Assembly: GCF_963921235.1 (NCBI RefSeq)
Contig: NC_086097.1
Span: forward strand, 224,814,001 to 224,878,000
Direction: 5' to 3'
Origin: Mobula hypostoma
Taxonomy: Eukaryota
DNA: 64,000 bases
This document shows, one piece after another, positions 13,523-25,569 of the stretch; position 1 is the first letter of the stretch; each line of letters begins with the position of its first letter. Under the pieces are notes generated by a model, which was not told where the DNA came from, made no database searches, and saw only the letters and a program-made list of their open reading frames with translations. Both the position numbers and the translations under genes were made by a program.

Positions 13523-14577
13523 TAATGATATACAATACCTGGAATACATCAGGACAGAAGAGATGAGAGCATGGTGCCATTTCTAATTTTTGCAATCGGC
13601 TGAATGGAAATGGATTACCATTTTTGTTATGCTTCAACAGAATCTTCACTCCAAAAGATGCTTCAGAAAGGATTTTTGAAGAAGGAGCTGTATATTGTGT
13701 TTGAAAGTTTCAGATCCTGTGTCTATGAAATTATACCAGCAGCCAGAAGGACCATCTGCAAGTACTTTTGTCACTGCAGGAAAAACTTACTCCTTGGTAT
13801 AATTGACCAGAAGACAATGTGCATTTTACAGAAATTAATGAAATTCTGATGAGCCTAAATTCCATACATATCTTTCATGGATAAAGAAACATCCTAGGAG
13901 GGGCCTAGAATATTCTCTAAACCAGGACGTGACGTTCTATCGTTGCGTGTAAGGGAAGGGGCAGAACCCTAGGACGTGGTTGGATGTGACTTGCACTGGC
14001 TTCAGGTTTTTCAATAGACTGTTCAGCTCCCTCACACAGGGCAATGCTCTACTTACTTCGTGCTTGCTGCTCTATTCCGTAAAGTTTGATGAAAGGTTGT
14101 CATTTGAACCCATTAAAAGACAGATGAATGCACAGAAATGCAGGTGTTTGGACAGCAGATCTGCTTTTGATAAATTGTGGTTTGATAGAGCTTGTTTTGT
14201 GGGATTCTATTTATTTCTTATGCTTTTGATTATTGGGACAAGTTTTAACTGGTATAAGTGAGGGGTTCCTCAGTCTCTGATATTCCAATGCCCCTGACTC
14301 TAGGCATGTGATCCCTTCGAAACTTGACGTTTAAGACCCAGCCCAATGTCTACTGATGAAGCTAGCCAAGAGCACTTTGGTCAGTAAGATGTCTGATAAT
14401 AAATGTAAGGGAATATTGCCATTATTACTCAGTGCTCATAACTGCTTTCTTACCAGTAGTGGGAAGGGATGGCTCACAAAACTTGTGCTGGGGCTTTACC
14501 TTGGCTGCCTTAAAGTGGGCATCATTTAAAGTTTAATCTGGCTAAAACAGGGGCAGCACTGGCAATAACCTATTGTC

Positions 14578-14738
14578 ACACTCACAAAATGCTGGAGGAA
14601 CTCAGCAGGTCTGAAGACGTCCTGAAACGTTAATTGATTATTTATTTCCATAAATGCTACCTGTCCTGCTGATTCCCTCCAGCATTTTGAATGTTTTGCT
14701 TTGGACTTCCAGCAACTGCAGATTTTCTTGTGTTTGTG
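14578..14738. mobile_element. Mini Penelope-like inverted insertion with 13-bp TSD
   Basis: ATAACCTATTGTC at 14565-14577 and 14739-14751; inverted arms. Confidence 0.8.
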
Positions 14739-16244
14739 ATAACCTATTGTCTGAGCTGCAGAGGAAGTGGGGAAGCAAACTGGTGGGGAGGAACAGGACA
14801 GTGTGAATACACAATGTTCCTACCTGGGCCGTAGGAACTCGGCAGGCCAAGCAGTAACCTGGGAAGAAAAAAAATTGTGAATATTTGAGGTCAAAGTACC
14901 GACGCAGGATTTCAGTCTGAAATGTCGACAGTTCCTTTCCTCCACTTCATTGTTGGTCCAAATTCCAGCACCTGTGATCTCTTCTGTCTCCACTGACTGC
15001 CTAGGGCATTATAAAGCAGGTCTGCATTATCATTTTATGTCCTGTTTTTGGCAGTTGGTGTGGAGAGGATTCATGTTGGCCAATCTCAGGTTAGAACAGA
15101 CAAAACTGGAGACACTCAGTGGAGCACAAAACATCAGTGGACGGAAACAGTGCATGCCTCAGTACAATGTTCCTTCATCAGGGTCTCACTTCACTTTTAC
15201 AGAGCCAAAGCATATACCTAACTTTGAGGTGATAAATCTTTCCATATGTAGAGAGAGCAGATCTGTGGTGGAACTGGTGTGCCAAGTGTGTACTGAACTA
15301 ATGATTCACTGCTTGATGTATTACAGGGGACTAGAGAACTGGAGAGATGCTCTTCCCGACCACTCCCACAACAGTGGTAGCATTCCAGAGGGTCAGCAGT
15401 AGCAACACTGCCATAATATTCATCCAGAAAGCACCAGCCCAGGAGAGGTATAAATACAGCATTTGCAAATTTGCCGACAATCTGCTGTGCACATCACTCC
15501 AGCTACCTCACTCTGCTTTGTCAGGCATCCATTGTTCTCCTTTGATGTACAGTCCCCTGTCCCAACTATTCCTCAACCCTTAACTTCATGTGATTGACAT
15601 TTCTGTCATACTGTCACTCTGCTCCTTTATTGGATGGGAAGCGAGCATAGATCATTGGGAAAAGGAAGGGAACTGGAAGAGCTCTGTCATAGACCCACAG
15701 CTTATCTCTGCAGAGCAGGAGGCGCTGGAGTTTCCTGGTGTCTTTTCACCCACAGCCATCAGAGGAAGGGAGAAGAAAACCTCCAGTTACTCCATAACAG
15801 AATCACGTGTCATTGACTCCCAACAACGTAGCCCTTGATGTTACTGGCTTGACTTCAGTATTCTTACAACGTCTGTACGAACGTATACTGTTTTAATTTT
15901 GCCATTGTCTTGATATGTCCAGTGTTTTTACAGTTGATAATTCTTGAGAGGATCTTACACTAACAAGAGATGCTCTTCCACACGTTTTCTTTTCATGCTG
16001 TTGTACGTACTCACACTATATGGTAACTTGGTTTACATGAACGACGTGGGCATGTGCTGAACCAAAGAGCCTTCGTTTGAAGAAATGGCAGAGCCCTCAA
16101 GTATGTGTTCATCTAGTTGGACTTTGGAACTGGCAATTAGAGGCGACTTTGCCACTGACTCTTATCTCAAAGAAAAGAAGAAAAAAGCCAACCTTAGACA
16201 TGCGTGGCTGCTGTCACAGGGTTAGAATGGTTTCTTGTTGCATG

Positions 16245-18420
16245 AGCAAATCACTGGAATGTCAGATGTCTTTGAATCTGAAAGAATATAGCACAGTTGT
16301 CACCCATGTCATCAAGACCTGTGGATGAGTGTGTGCCTTTGAGTATATACTGGACATACTCAAACCAAAAGCCATGGATGAACCAGGAGATCCATTGTCT
16401 GCTGAGGTCTAGATTTGTGGTATTCAAGATTGATGATCCCGCACAATACAAGATTAGATTAGATTATGAGGACACTCAGTTCTCATTTATTGTCATTTAG
16501 AAATGCATGCATTAAAAAATGATACAATGTTCCTCCAGAATGATATCACAAGAAACACAGGACAAACCAAGACTAAAACTGACAAAACCACATAACTATA
16601 ACATATGGCTACAACAGTGCAAAGCAATACCATAATTTGATGAAGAGTAGACCGTGGGCATGGTAAAAAAAAGTCTCAAAGTCCCAATAGCCTTGTCACC
16701 TCATGCAAGTGGTAGAAGGGAGGAACTCTCCCTGCCATGAACCTCCAAGTGCCACAAAACTTGCCGATGCAGCACCACTGGAAGCACCCGACCGCAGCGG
16801 ACTCTGAGTCCGTCCAAAAACTTCGAGCCTCTGACCAGCCCTTCGACACCGAGCACTGAGCACCATCCCCTGCCGAGCACTTCGACCCCACCCCGGCCGC
16901 TGAGCAACAGGCAAAGCCGAGAATTCGGGGCCTTCCCCTCTGGAGATTTCGGACCACACAGTAGCAGCAACAGCGAAGCAGGCATTTCAGAAGTTTCACC
17001 AGATGTTCCTCTGTGCTCTTACGTCTGTCTCCATCAAATCAGAATTGTGCACGGCACCCTACATGACAAATAACAGGCATCACCACTGGAGTGGCTGCTG
17101 CGAGCTGCATCATACCACCATCTTCTCCTCTTCTCAATGTCCAGGTATGAGCTACAGAAGGCTATTTTAAAAGTGAAAAAGACAAATTTGATTGAAGTTA
17201 GAGATAGAATTGGATGCAGGTCCGCTTTGGCAGGACTTGCAGGTGATGCTTCCTACAAAGCAAAACTTTCACCATGAATGGTTGTGATGGTTCACTCCCA
17301 AATGAGCTCAATGCCAATGCCAGAACATCTTTCAAGAGGGTGAACCCTCGCAAGGCGTCAGGCCTTGATAGTGTACCTGGTAGGGCACTGAAAACTTGCG
17401 CCAACCGACTGATAGCTGTGTTCAAAGACAGCTTCAATCTCACTGCTGCAGCTGGAGGTTTCCACCTGCTTCATACCAGTGCCCAGGAAGAGCAGTGTGA
17501 GCTACCTCAAGGATTATTGCACAGTTGCACTTACATTTACTCTAACGAAGTGCATTGAGAGGTTGGCCGTGGCATAAATCAACTACTGTCAAAGCAAAGA
17601 CCCAAACATGCTTCAATTTGCCTATCACCACAATGGGTCTAGAGTGGATGCAAACTCATTGGCTCTTTGCTGAGCCTTGGATCACCTGGACAATAGTAAT
17701 ACTTACATCCGGCTGCTGATTGTTGATTGCAGATCAATGTCCAATACTTTCATACCCTCAGTTTAATTAACAAGCTGGACTTCTGTACCTGCCTCTGCAA
17801 CTCGATCCTTGGCTTGCGTACCCGGTGATCGCAGTCGTGCAGATTGGAAATAACGTCTCCTCCTCACTGACAATCAACACTAGCTCATCTCAAGGATGTT
17901 TGCTTAGCCTACTGCTCTACTCGCTCTACTCCCACAACTGTGTGGCTAGGCGCAGTTCAAAAGCCAGCTATAAATTTGCCAATAGCACAACTATTGTTGG
18001 CAGTATTTCAGTTGCTAATGAGGAGACATACAGGAGTGAGATAGATCATCTGGTTGAGTGGTATCACAAGACCAAAGAATTGGAAGTCAGGAAGAGGAAA
18101 TCGCGGGAACACACAACGATCCTCAGTGAGGGATCTGCAGTGGAAAGGGTGAACTGCTTCAAGTTCCTAGGTGTTAACATCTCTGATGATCGTTCCTGGT
18201 CCCAACCTATTGATGCAATTACAAAGAAGGCATAACAATGACTATATTTCATTGGGAGTTTGAGGAGACTTGATATATCATCAAAGACTCACAAGTTTCT
18301 ACAGATTTACCGTGGAGAGAATTCTAACTGGTTGCATCACCATCTTGTATGGAGAGGCCACTGCAAAGGATTGGAAAAAAATTGCAGAAAGTTGTAAATT
18401 TAGCCTGATCCGTCATGGCA
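16245..18420 (+). mobile_element. Rex1/Babar-type LINE (degraded), interrupted at 16451-17135
   Basis: QKPWMN, RVNPRKASGLDSVPGRALKTCA, SSQGCLLSLLLYSLY and FKFLGV motifs. Confidence 0.8.
16451..17135 (-). mobile_element. Non-autonomous LINE-derived retroelement, copy 2
   Basis: Reverse-complement homolog of 421-1093; (AGATT)3 tail at 16451. Confidence 0.75.
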
Positions 18421-18821
18421 AACAAATATATAAGTCATCAGAGCAGAGGTGCCTACATCTACCTTTGTTGAGACGACAAGAGTTTTTCACAGAGGAAGCA
18501 AGAAGAAGTGAAAGAGTAAACCCTTCCCCTTGCAGAAGGCGAGTTATGATTTGACTTTACTGCCTGAGAAATTCTATCACTTAACACAGTGATTTTGTGT
18601 GATTCCTGCACTAAGTAATTGGTTTCATATCCTGCACAAAATCAAGGTTTGAATTTGGCTCTTCCTCCTTGCTTTGAGAAAGGTGTCAGCAGAGAAACTG
18701 TATAAGAAGGGTTCATGTGAATTAAAGCTGGATCCATATTTGAATTTTAGGAGTTTCAGGGATACAGCTTGTCATTGAACACTCTAAGTTTCTAAGGTGT
18801 ACCGTTGAAAGTGGCTTTCTG

Positions 18822-19640
18822 TGTCACAGGTGCAGAACAAGGGTGGACCCAAATGCAGGACCCAAACACGTTTTGTAGGGTTAACTAAATTGAGTTTATT
18901 ACTCGTTACAAGGAGAGAAAAGCGGAAATGGGAATGAGTGTAATGGGCAAGGACTCAGGCCCTGGACTAGGCTGGGCCTCAGGGGCTGGGCTATGACTCG
19001 GAGCACAGACCTCGGAGCCAGGACTCGGAGCACGGACCTCGGAGCCAGGACTCGGAGCACGGACCTCGGAGCCAGGACTCGGAGCACGGACCTCGGAGCC
19101 AGGACTCAGAGCACGGACCTCGGAGCCTGGACTTCATACTTGGAACTCAAACACAGGACATAGAACACTGAGCCGGGAGTCCTCATTTGACACAGGATAC
19201 AGAGCCGGGACTCTTCTTATTCATGGGACAGACTCAGACACAGGACATAAAACACTGAGCCAGGAATCCTTCTTGGACACAGAACGGAGTCGGGACTGTT
19301 CTTGACACAGGGTCAGGACCCTTCTAGGGTACAGGGCCGGGACCCCTTTTAGACACAGGACATGGATACGGAGACCACACAACGACAGACAGTGCTATAA
19401 CTGGGTGCAAGTGCGCTCCAAGCAGTGGCGAGCTCTTGACTCACCCGGCGGGTTAACTTTAACGGACCCACTCTGGCAAGGGAAGATGGCTTGCTGGCAC
19501 TTGCTTCGGGAGGAGACTTGGCTTGCTCGGGCAAGAAACTTAGTTGGCTCTGGCAAGATGACTTTGGCTTGCACTAGCTTTGGTGACTTCGTTAACGCTC
19601 CATAACGCTCTCGCGCCATACGGCTGAAGCCGGAGACTTG
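18822..19640. mobile_element. LTR-like sequence with internal tandem repeats
   Basis: Begins TGTCAC.. with GACCCAAATGCAG..TTTATT, laid out like the solo LTR at 5956. Right end and TSD not found. Confidence 0.45.
18995..19133. repeat. 27-bp minisatellite, 5 copies
   Basis: Unit GACTCGGAGCACGGACCTCGGAGCCAG, itself a 13+14 bp dimer. Confidence 0.95.
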
Positions 19641-19747
19641 AACATAGACTCATTGTGCTAGAGCAATACAGCATGGATATAGATCCTTTGGACCAACAGG
19701 TCCATGCCAAACATGGTGCCCACACAGTTCATCTCAATTTCCTGCAT

Positions 19748-19995
19748 GTTTATTTATTTACAGATACAGCAGAAAACAGTCCCTTCCGTCCCAATGAGCC
19801 CCACTGCCCAGAAACCCATCTACTTAACATTAGCCTAATCACAAGATAGTTTACAATGACCAATTGACCTACTAACCAGAATGTCTTTGGACTCTGGGAG
19901 GGAACTGGCGCAACTGGAGACGGGGGAACGTACAAACTCATTACAGACGGCAACAGAATTGAAATCTCCAACTCCAACACCCCGAGCAGCAATAT
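19748..19995 (-). mobile_element. V-SINE-like SINE
   Basis: TGGGAGGGAACTGG..GGGGGAACGTACAAACTC core and (TTTA)n tail. Confidence 0.6.
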
Positions 19996-21199
19996 CCTTC
20001 AAAGTCTTACCCCTGCATGTATCTATCCAAGTGATACTGTCATATCTGCCTTAACCACTTCCTCTGGCAGCTCCCTCAGTTGTCCCTCAGTTCCCTTTCA
20101 AATAACTACCCTCTCACAATAAATCTAGTGCCTCCTATTTTTGAACTCCTCTACCCTGAGGAAAAGACTGCTAAATTCATCTTACCTATACACTCCATGA
20201 CTTTATAAACCTCTACAAAGTCATCCCTTATTCTCCTTCACTTCAAGGAGTAAAGACCTTGTCTGGCCAACCTTTTGCTCTAACTCAGGACATCTAATCC
20301 TGGAGACAACCTCGTCCCATGCCAGCAATGTCCTTGAAATATGCTGGGGTTTTTTTTATAGGAGAAGGGAAAGGTGATAGGTGACCTGATAAGGGTTTAA
20401 TAAGATAACAGTCCCTAAATGACTTGCCCTTGACCTACAAAGGAAATCAATCTTAGCTTTTCTGAGTCTTATAGTGAGCAAATGCTGCACAATATACTGA
20501 CCAATTCCTCGGTGTGTGTGAGCCTTAAGTAGCATCTTCCATGCATGCAGAAGTCTGAAGTATTCTGACTGAAAAAAAATCATCGTATTTTGAAGAGCCT
20601 GACAGCTTGCTGCGCCACATACTCTGGCTTAGCCTTCTGCCGAACGTTTTGCAAAACTCTGATTGTTTTTCATGTACAGATATTCAGATAAGAATAAAAT
20701 ATCACTGTTGAAATGTGAACAAATACAGTATTAAAATCTTTAAAAAAACATGTAAATGAATTAGATCAAAACCGTATTTAATTAAACTCAAATAGAAACA
20801 CTAAATCCTTTTCAACTGTCTGCCATTAAGATCAATGTTAGAGAACCTTCACTTGGTAGGTTTAATCTGTTTAGGTCCTTTGAACATACAGTATTTCACC
20901 CTGTGAAACGTGGCAGAATTTTGACAGCTTGGAACTCTAGAGTACAAATGAGAAGCGGTTGCCAATTCTGGGGCTTCAATGTTCTTACAAGGATACAGGG
21001 AAACACCAAAATTTTGACATTTATGTGAGGAAATGTTTCATTTCTGTTGAAAGCGCTGCTGTTTGCCCAGAAAATCAAAAGTATTGAAAGGATTTGATGG
21101 TATATATGGTAAATAACTCCATCTGGTGGCATGGTTAAGAATCGACAAACTGTTCTTTATTCCTTCCCCTTGTTTTTAATTAGAATCATGCTTCATGCT

Positions 21200-21700
21200 C
21201 AGATTTAATATCAGAGGCATATGTCATGAAATTTGTTAACTTTATGGCAGCAGTACGATGAAATACAAGATAAATAAATATAGAGAAAAAGCTGAGTTAT
21301 ATTAAGTATATGTCTATTAAATAGTTAAGTTAAAATTAATGCAACATAACAGAAATAAAAGAATAGTGAGGTAGTCTTCATGAGATCAATGTCTATTTTA
21401 AAATTGGATCCAGTGGGGAAGAAGCTGTTCCTGAATTGCTGAGTGTGTGCCTTTGGGCTTCTGTACCTCCTTCCCAAAGGTAACAATGTGAAGAGGGACT
21501 GTCCTGGGTGGTAGGAGTCCTTAATGAAGGATGCTGTCTTCCTGAGGCTTCGCTCCTTGAAGATGCCTTGGACACTATGAGGTTGGTACCCATGATAGAA
21601 ATGACTAATTTTACAAGTCTCTGCAACTTATTTCGATCTTGTGCAATAGCGCCCCCTCCCCATATCAGATTGTGATGCAGCCAGTCAGAATGCTTCCATG
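21200..21700 (-). mobile_element. Rex1/Babar LINE 3' fragment
   Basis: Homologous to 8030-8440; QDRNKLQRLVK motif. Confidence 0.75.
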
Positions 21701-21814
21701 GTGTCAACTTATCTTTACAACCATTCAGTCTCTTATTGACAGCCAAATAGTGTAATACTACAGTAATGTAATTTCATTGCATTTTCTTGTCTTGAGAAAT
21801 GGTGATTCATATTT

Positions 21815-24570
21815 TAGAAACATAGAAAAAACATAGAACACCTACAGCAGAGTACAGGCCCTTTGGCCCACAAAGCTGTGCCGAACATGTCCCTACCTTA
21901 GAAATTACTTAAGATTACCAATAGCCCTCTATTTTTCTGAACTCCATGTACCTGTCCAGGAATCTCTTAAAAGACCCTATCCTATCCGCCTCCACCACAG
22001 TCGCTGGCAGCCTGTTCCACGCACTCACCACTCTCTGCATAAAAAAACTTACTCCTGACATCTCCTTTGTACCTACTTCCCAATCCAGGTAATATCCTTG
22101 TAAATCTCCTCTGCACCTTTTCTATGGTTTCCACATCCTTCCTATAGTGAGCTGACCACAACTGAGTACAGTACTCCAAGTGGGGTCTGACCAGGGTCCT
22201 ATATAGCAGCAACATTCCACCTCTTGGCTCTTAAACTCAATCCCACAATTGATGAAGGCCAAATCACTGTATGCTTTCTTAACCACAGAGTTAACTTGCG
22301 CTGCAGCTTTGAGTGTCCTATGGACTCGGACTCCAAGATCCCCCTGATTCTCCGCATTGTCAAGAGTCTTACCATTATTCTGCCATCATATTTGACCTAC
22401 CAAAATGAACCACCTCACACTTATCTGGTTTGAACTCCATCTGCCATTTCTCAGCCCAGTTTTGCATCCTATCAATATCCCGCTGTAACCTCTGACAGCC
22501 ACAACACCCCCAACCTTTGTGTCATCTGCAAATTTACTAACCCATCCATCCACTTCCTTATCCAGGTCATTTATAAAAATCACGAAGAGTAGGGGTCCCA
22601 GAACAGATCCGAGGCACGCCACTGGTGACCGACCTCCATGCAGAATATGACAAGTCTACAACCACACTTTGCCTCTGTGGGCAAGCCAGTTCTGGATCCA
22701 CAAAGCAATGTCCCCTTGGATCCCATGCCTCCTTACTTTCTCAATAAGCCTTGCATGGGGTACCTTGTCAAATGGTTTGCTGAAATCCATATACACTACA
22801 CCAACTGCTCTACCTGCATCAATGTGCTTAGTCACATCCTCAAAAAATTCAATCAGGCTCGTAACGCATGACCTGCCTTTCACAGAGCCAGGCTGACTAT
22901 TCCTAATCATATTATTCCTCTCTAAATGTCCATAAATCCTGACTCTCAGGATCTTCTCCATCAACTTACCAACCACTGAAGTTAGACTCACTGTCTATAA
23001 TTTCCTGGGCTATTTCTACTCCCTTTCTTGAATAATGGAACAACATCCGTAACCCTCCAGTGCTCAGGAACCTCTCCCATCCCCATTGATGATGCAAAGA
23101 TCATCACCAGAGGCTCAGCAATCTCCTTCCTCGCCTCCCACAGTAGCCAGGAGTGCATCTCATCTAGTTCAGGTGACTTATCCAACTTGATGCTTTCCAA
23201 AAGCTCCAGCACATCCTTTTTCTTAATATCTACATGCTTAAGCTTTTCAGTCCACTGTAAGTCATTCCCACAATCGTCAAGATCCTTTTCCGTAATGAAT
23301 ACTGAAGCAAAGTAGTCATTAAGTACCTCTGTCACATTTGATTGGTCCTATTGTCTCACATCTTATCCTCTTGCTCTTCACATACTTGTAGAGTGCCTTG
23401 GGGTTTTCCTTAATCCTGTCTGCCAAAGCCTTCTCATGGCCCCTTCTGGCTCTCCTAATTTCATTCTTAAGCTCCTTCCTGCTAGCCTTATAATCTTCTA
23501 GATCTCTATCATTACCTAGTTTTTTGAACCTTTCATAAGCTCTTCTTTTCTTCTTGACTAGATTTACAACAGTCTTTGTACACCATGGTTCCTGTACCTT
23601 AACATCCTTTCCCTGTCTCATTGGAATGTACCTATGCAGAACTCCACACAAATATCCCCTGAACATTTGCCACATTTCTTCCGTACATTTCCCTGAGAAC
23701 ATCTTTTCCCAATTTATGCTTCCAAGTTCTTCCCTGATAGCCTCATATTTCCCCTTACTCAAATTAAACACTTTCCTATCTTGTCCGTTCCTGTCCCCCT
23801 CCAATGCTATGGTAAAGGAGATAGAATTGTGATCACTATCTCCTAAATGCTCTCCCAATGAGAGACCTGACACCTGACCAGGTTCATTTCCCAATACCAG
23901 ATCAAGTACAGCCTCTCCTCTTGTAGGCTTATCTACATATCGTGTCAAGAAACCTTCTTGAACACACTTAACAATCTCCACCACTCCACCCTATCTAAAC
24001 CCCTTGCTTTAGGGAGATGATAATCAATATTTGGGAAATTAAAATCTCCCACCTCAACAACCCTGTTATTATTACACCTTTCCAGAATCTGTCTCCTTAT
24101 CAGCTCCTCAATGTCCCTGTTACTATTGGGTGGTCTATAAAAGACACCCAGTAGAGATATTGACCCCTCCCTGTTTCTAACTTCCACCCACAGAGATTCA
24201 GTAGACCATCCCTCCATGACTTCCTCCTTTTCTGCAGCCGTGACACTATCTCTGATCAGCACTGCCATGCCCCCACCTCTTTTGCCTCCCTCCCTGTCCT
24301 TTCTGAAACATCTAAAGCCTAGAATTCTAAGTAACAATGATTGCCCCTGACCCATCCAAGTCTCTGTAATGGCCACAACATCATAACTCCATGTACTGAT
24401 CCGCACTCTAAGCTCATCCGCTTTATTCATGATGCTCCTCGCATTAAAATAGACACATCTCAAATCATCGGTCTGGGCGCATCCTCTCTCTATCACCTGC
24501 CTATCCTCCCTCCAGCACTGTCTACAAGCTTTCTCTATTTGTGAGCCAACCATTTCTTGGCTACTCTAAG
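21815..24570 (-). mobile_element. CR1 LINE with AP endonuclease and RT remnants (frameshifted, internally deleted)
   Basis: ORF 23945-24553 (YFNARSI..VAITETW..YRPP..GDFN) is the endonuclease; ORFs 22386-23335 (NYR, DFSKPFD, GSVLGP, KFADD) are RT. Confidence 0.92.
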
Positions 24571-25569
24571 CCACTCACAGATCATTCATGGAAGCAACAA
24601 TGTCAAAGTCAAAGTCAAATTAAAAATTATTATCAAAGTATGTATATGTTACCATATTCTACCTTAAGATTCATTTTTGCAGGCATTTATAGAAAAATAA
24701 AGAAATACGATAGAATTTACAAAAAAAATCTACACATAAACAAGACTGACAAACAACTAATGTGTAAAAGCATGTTCGACATGTTGGTGTTATTTGAAGA
24801 ACCCTCTTCTAGTTACCTGGTTCTTCATTGAGATTTTCTATCTATTTTGAACAATGTTGAGTTCAAAATTATTTTGTTAATTCATTGGACTATTGGCCAG
24901 AAGTTCTAGCCAGGGCTTTTGGCATGTACTTCCTCTGGCAATTTTGGCTTGGTGTTCATAATAGCTTCTAAAACATATGTGAATGGGAAGGAAGGTGGAA
25001 GTGGTGAGCTGAGAAGAACAAGGGTACAGATTATGCCAACTCAGTGAAGGATCCCTGAGTTCTGCCAGGCGTCGGAGCTCTTTGGCAGAAGATCATTGGG
25101 AAGGACCTCAGCTGAGTAGTTTCTGTCGGTCTGCTCCAGTTCTTATCATCACTCCAGATCCTTTCACACTTGGTTGGGTATCACTCAACACAAACACGAG
25201 CATGTACATTTCCAGGAAAACAAGGTTCCTGATTTAGCTTCCAATTCTGCTGTCAGCACCCAATTCTGCCTTTATAATTGGTGCATTCTCTTCCCTTTCC
25301 TGTCCATTCTTAGTCTTACTGTACATGCTGTAGTAGGCTGTAACACAGGACAATTGGGAGCTCTATAGGCCTAAGTTGATTAGGTAGGCCATATGACATG
25401 TCTAACACTGCTTCAACATTGCCTTTGCCTGAGTGGCAGCATTCTGTTTTGACCTTACAGGCTATTCTGAAGCAAAGGCACACTAGCTTTTCCTGAATTA
25501 CATGCATGCTTCCTGCAGTCATTGACGGACACCCTGTAGGCTCTCCTCATCCATACACTGCCCTACCTT

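Larger units (their letters stand above)
11338..13560. repeat. 40-bp minisatellite split into three pieces by two CR1 insertions
   Basis: Unit ACATCAGGAGAGAAGGGTAATGATATACAGTACCTGGAAC seen at 11338-11402, 11792-11852 and 13523-13560. Confidence 0.85.

Noticed and set aside
11338..13560. Repeats separated by unique inserts, resembling a CRISPR array
   Set aside because: The inserts are CR1 LINEs of 0.4 and 1.7 kb within a head-to-tail minisatellite.
13604..13849. 81-aa ORF with a possible acceptor at 13640
   Set aside because: No recognisable homology, donor or partner exons.
18899..19087. Repetitive ORF (LRVLAPRSV)n or a CRISPR-like array
   Set aside because: Translation of a 27-bp minisatellite; no unique spacers, no cas genes, vertebrate context.
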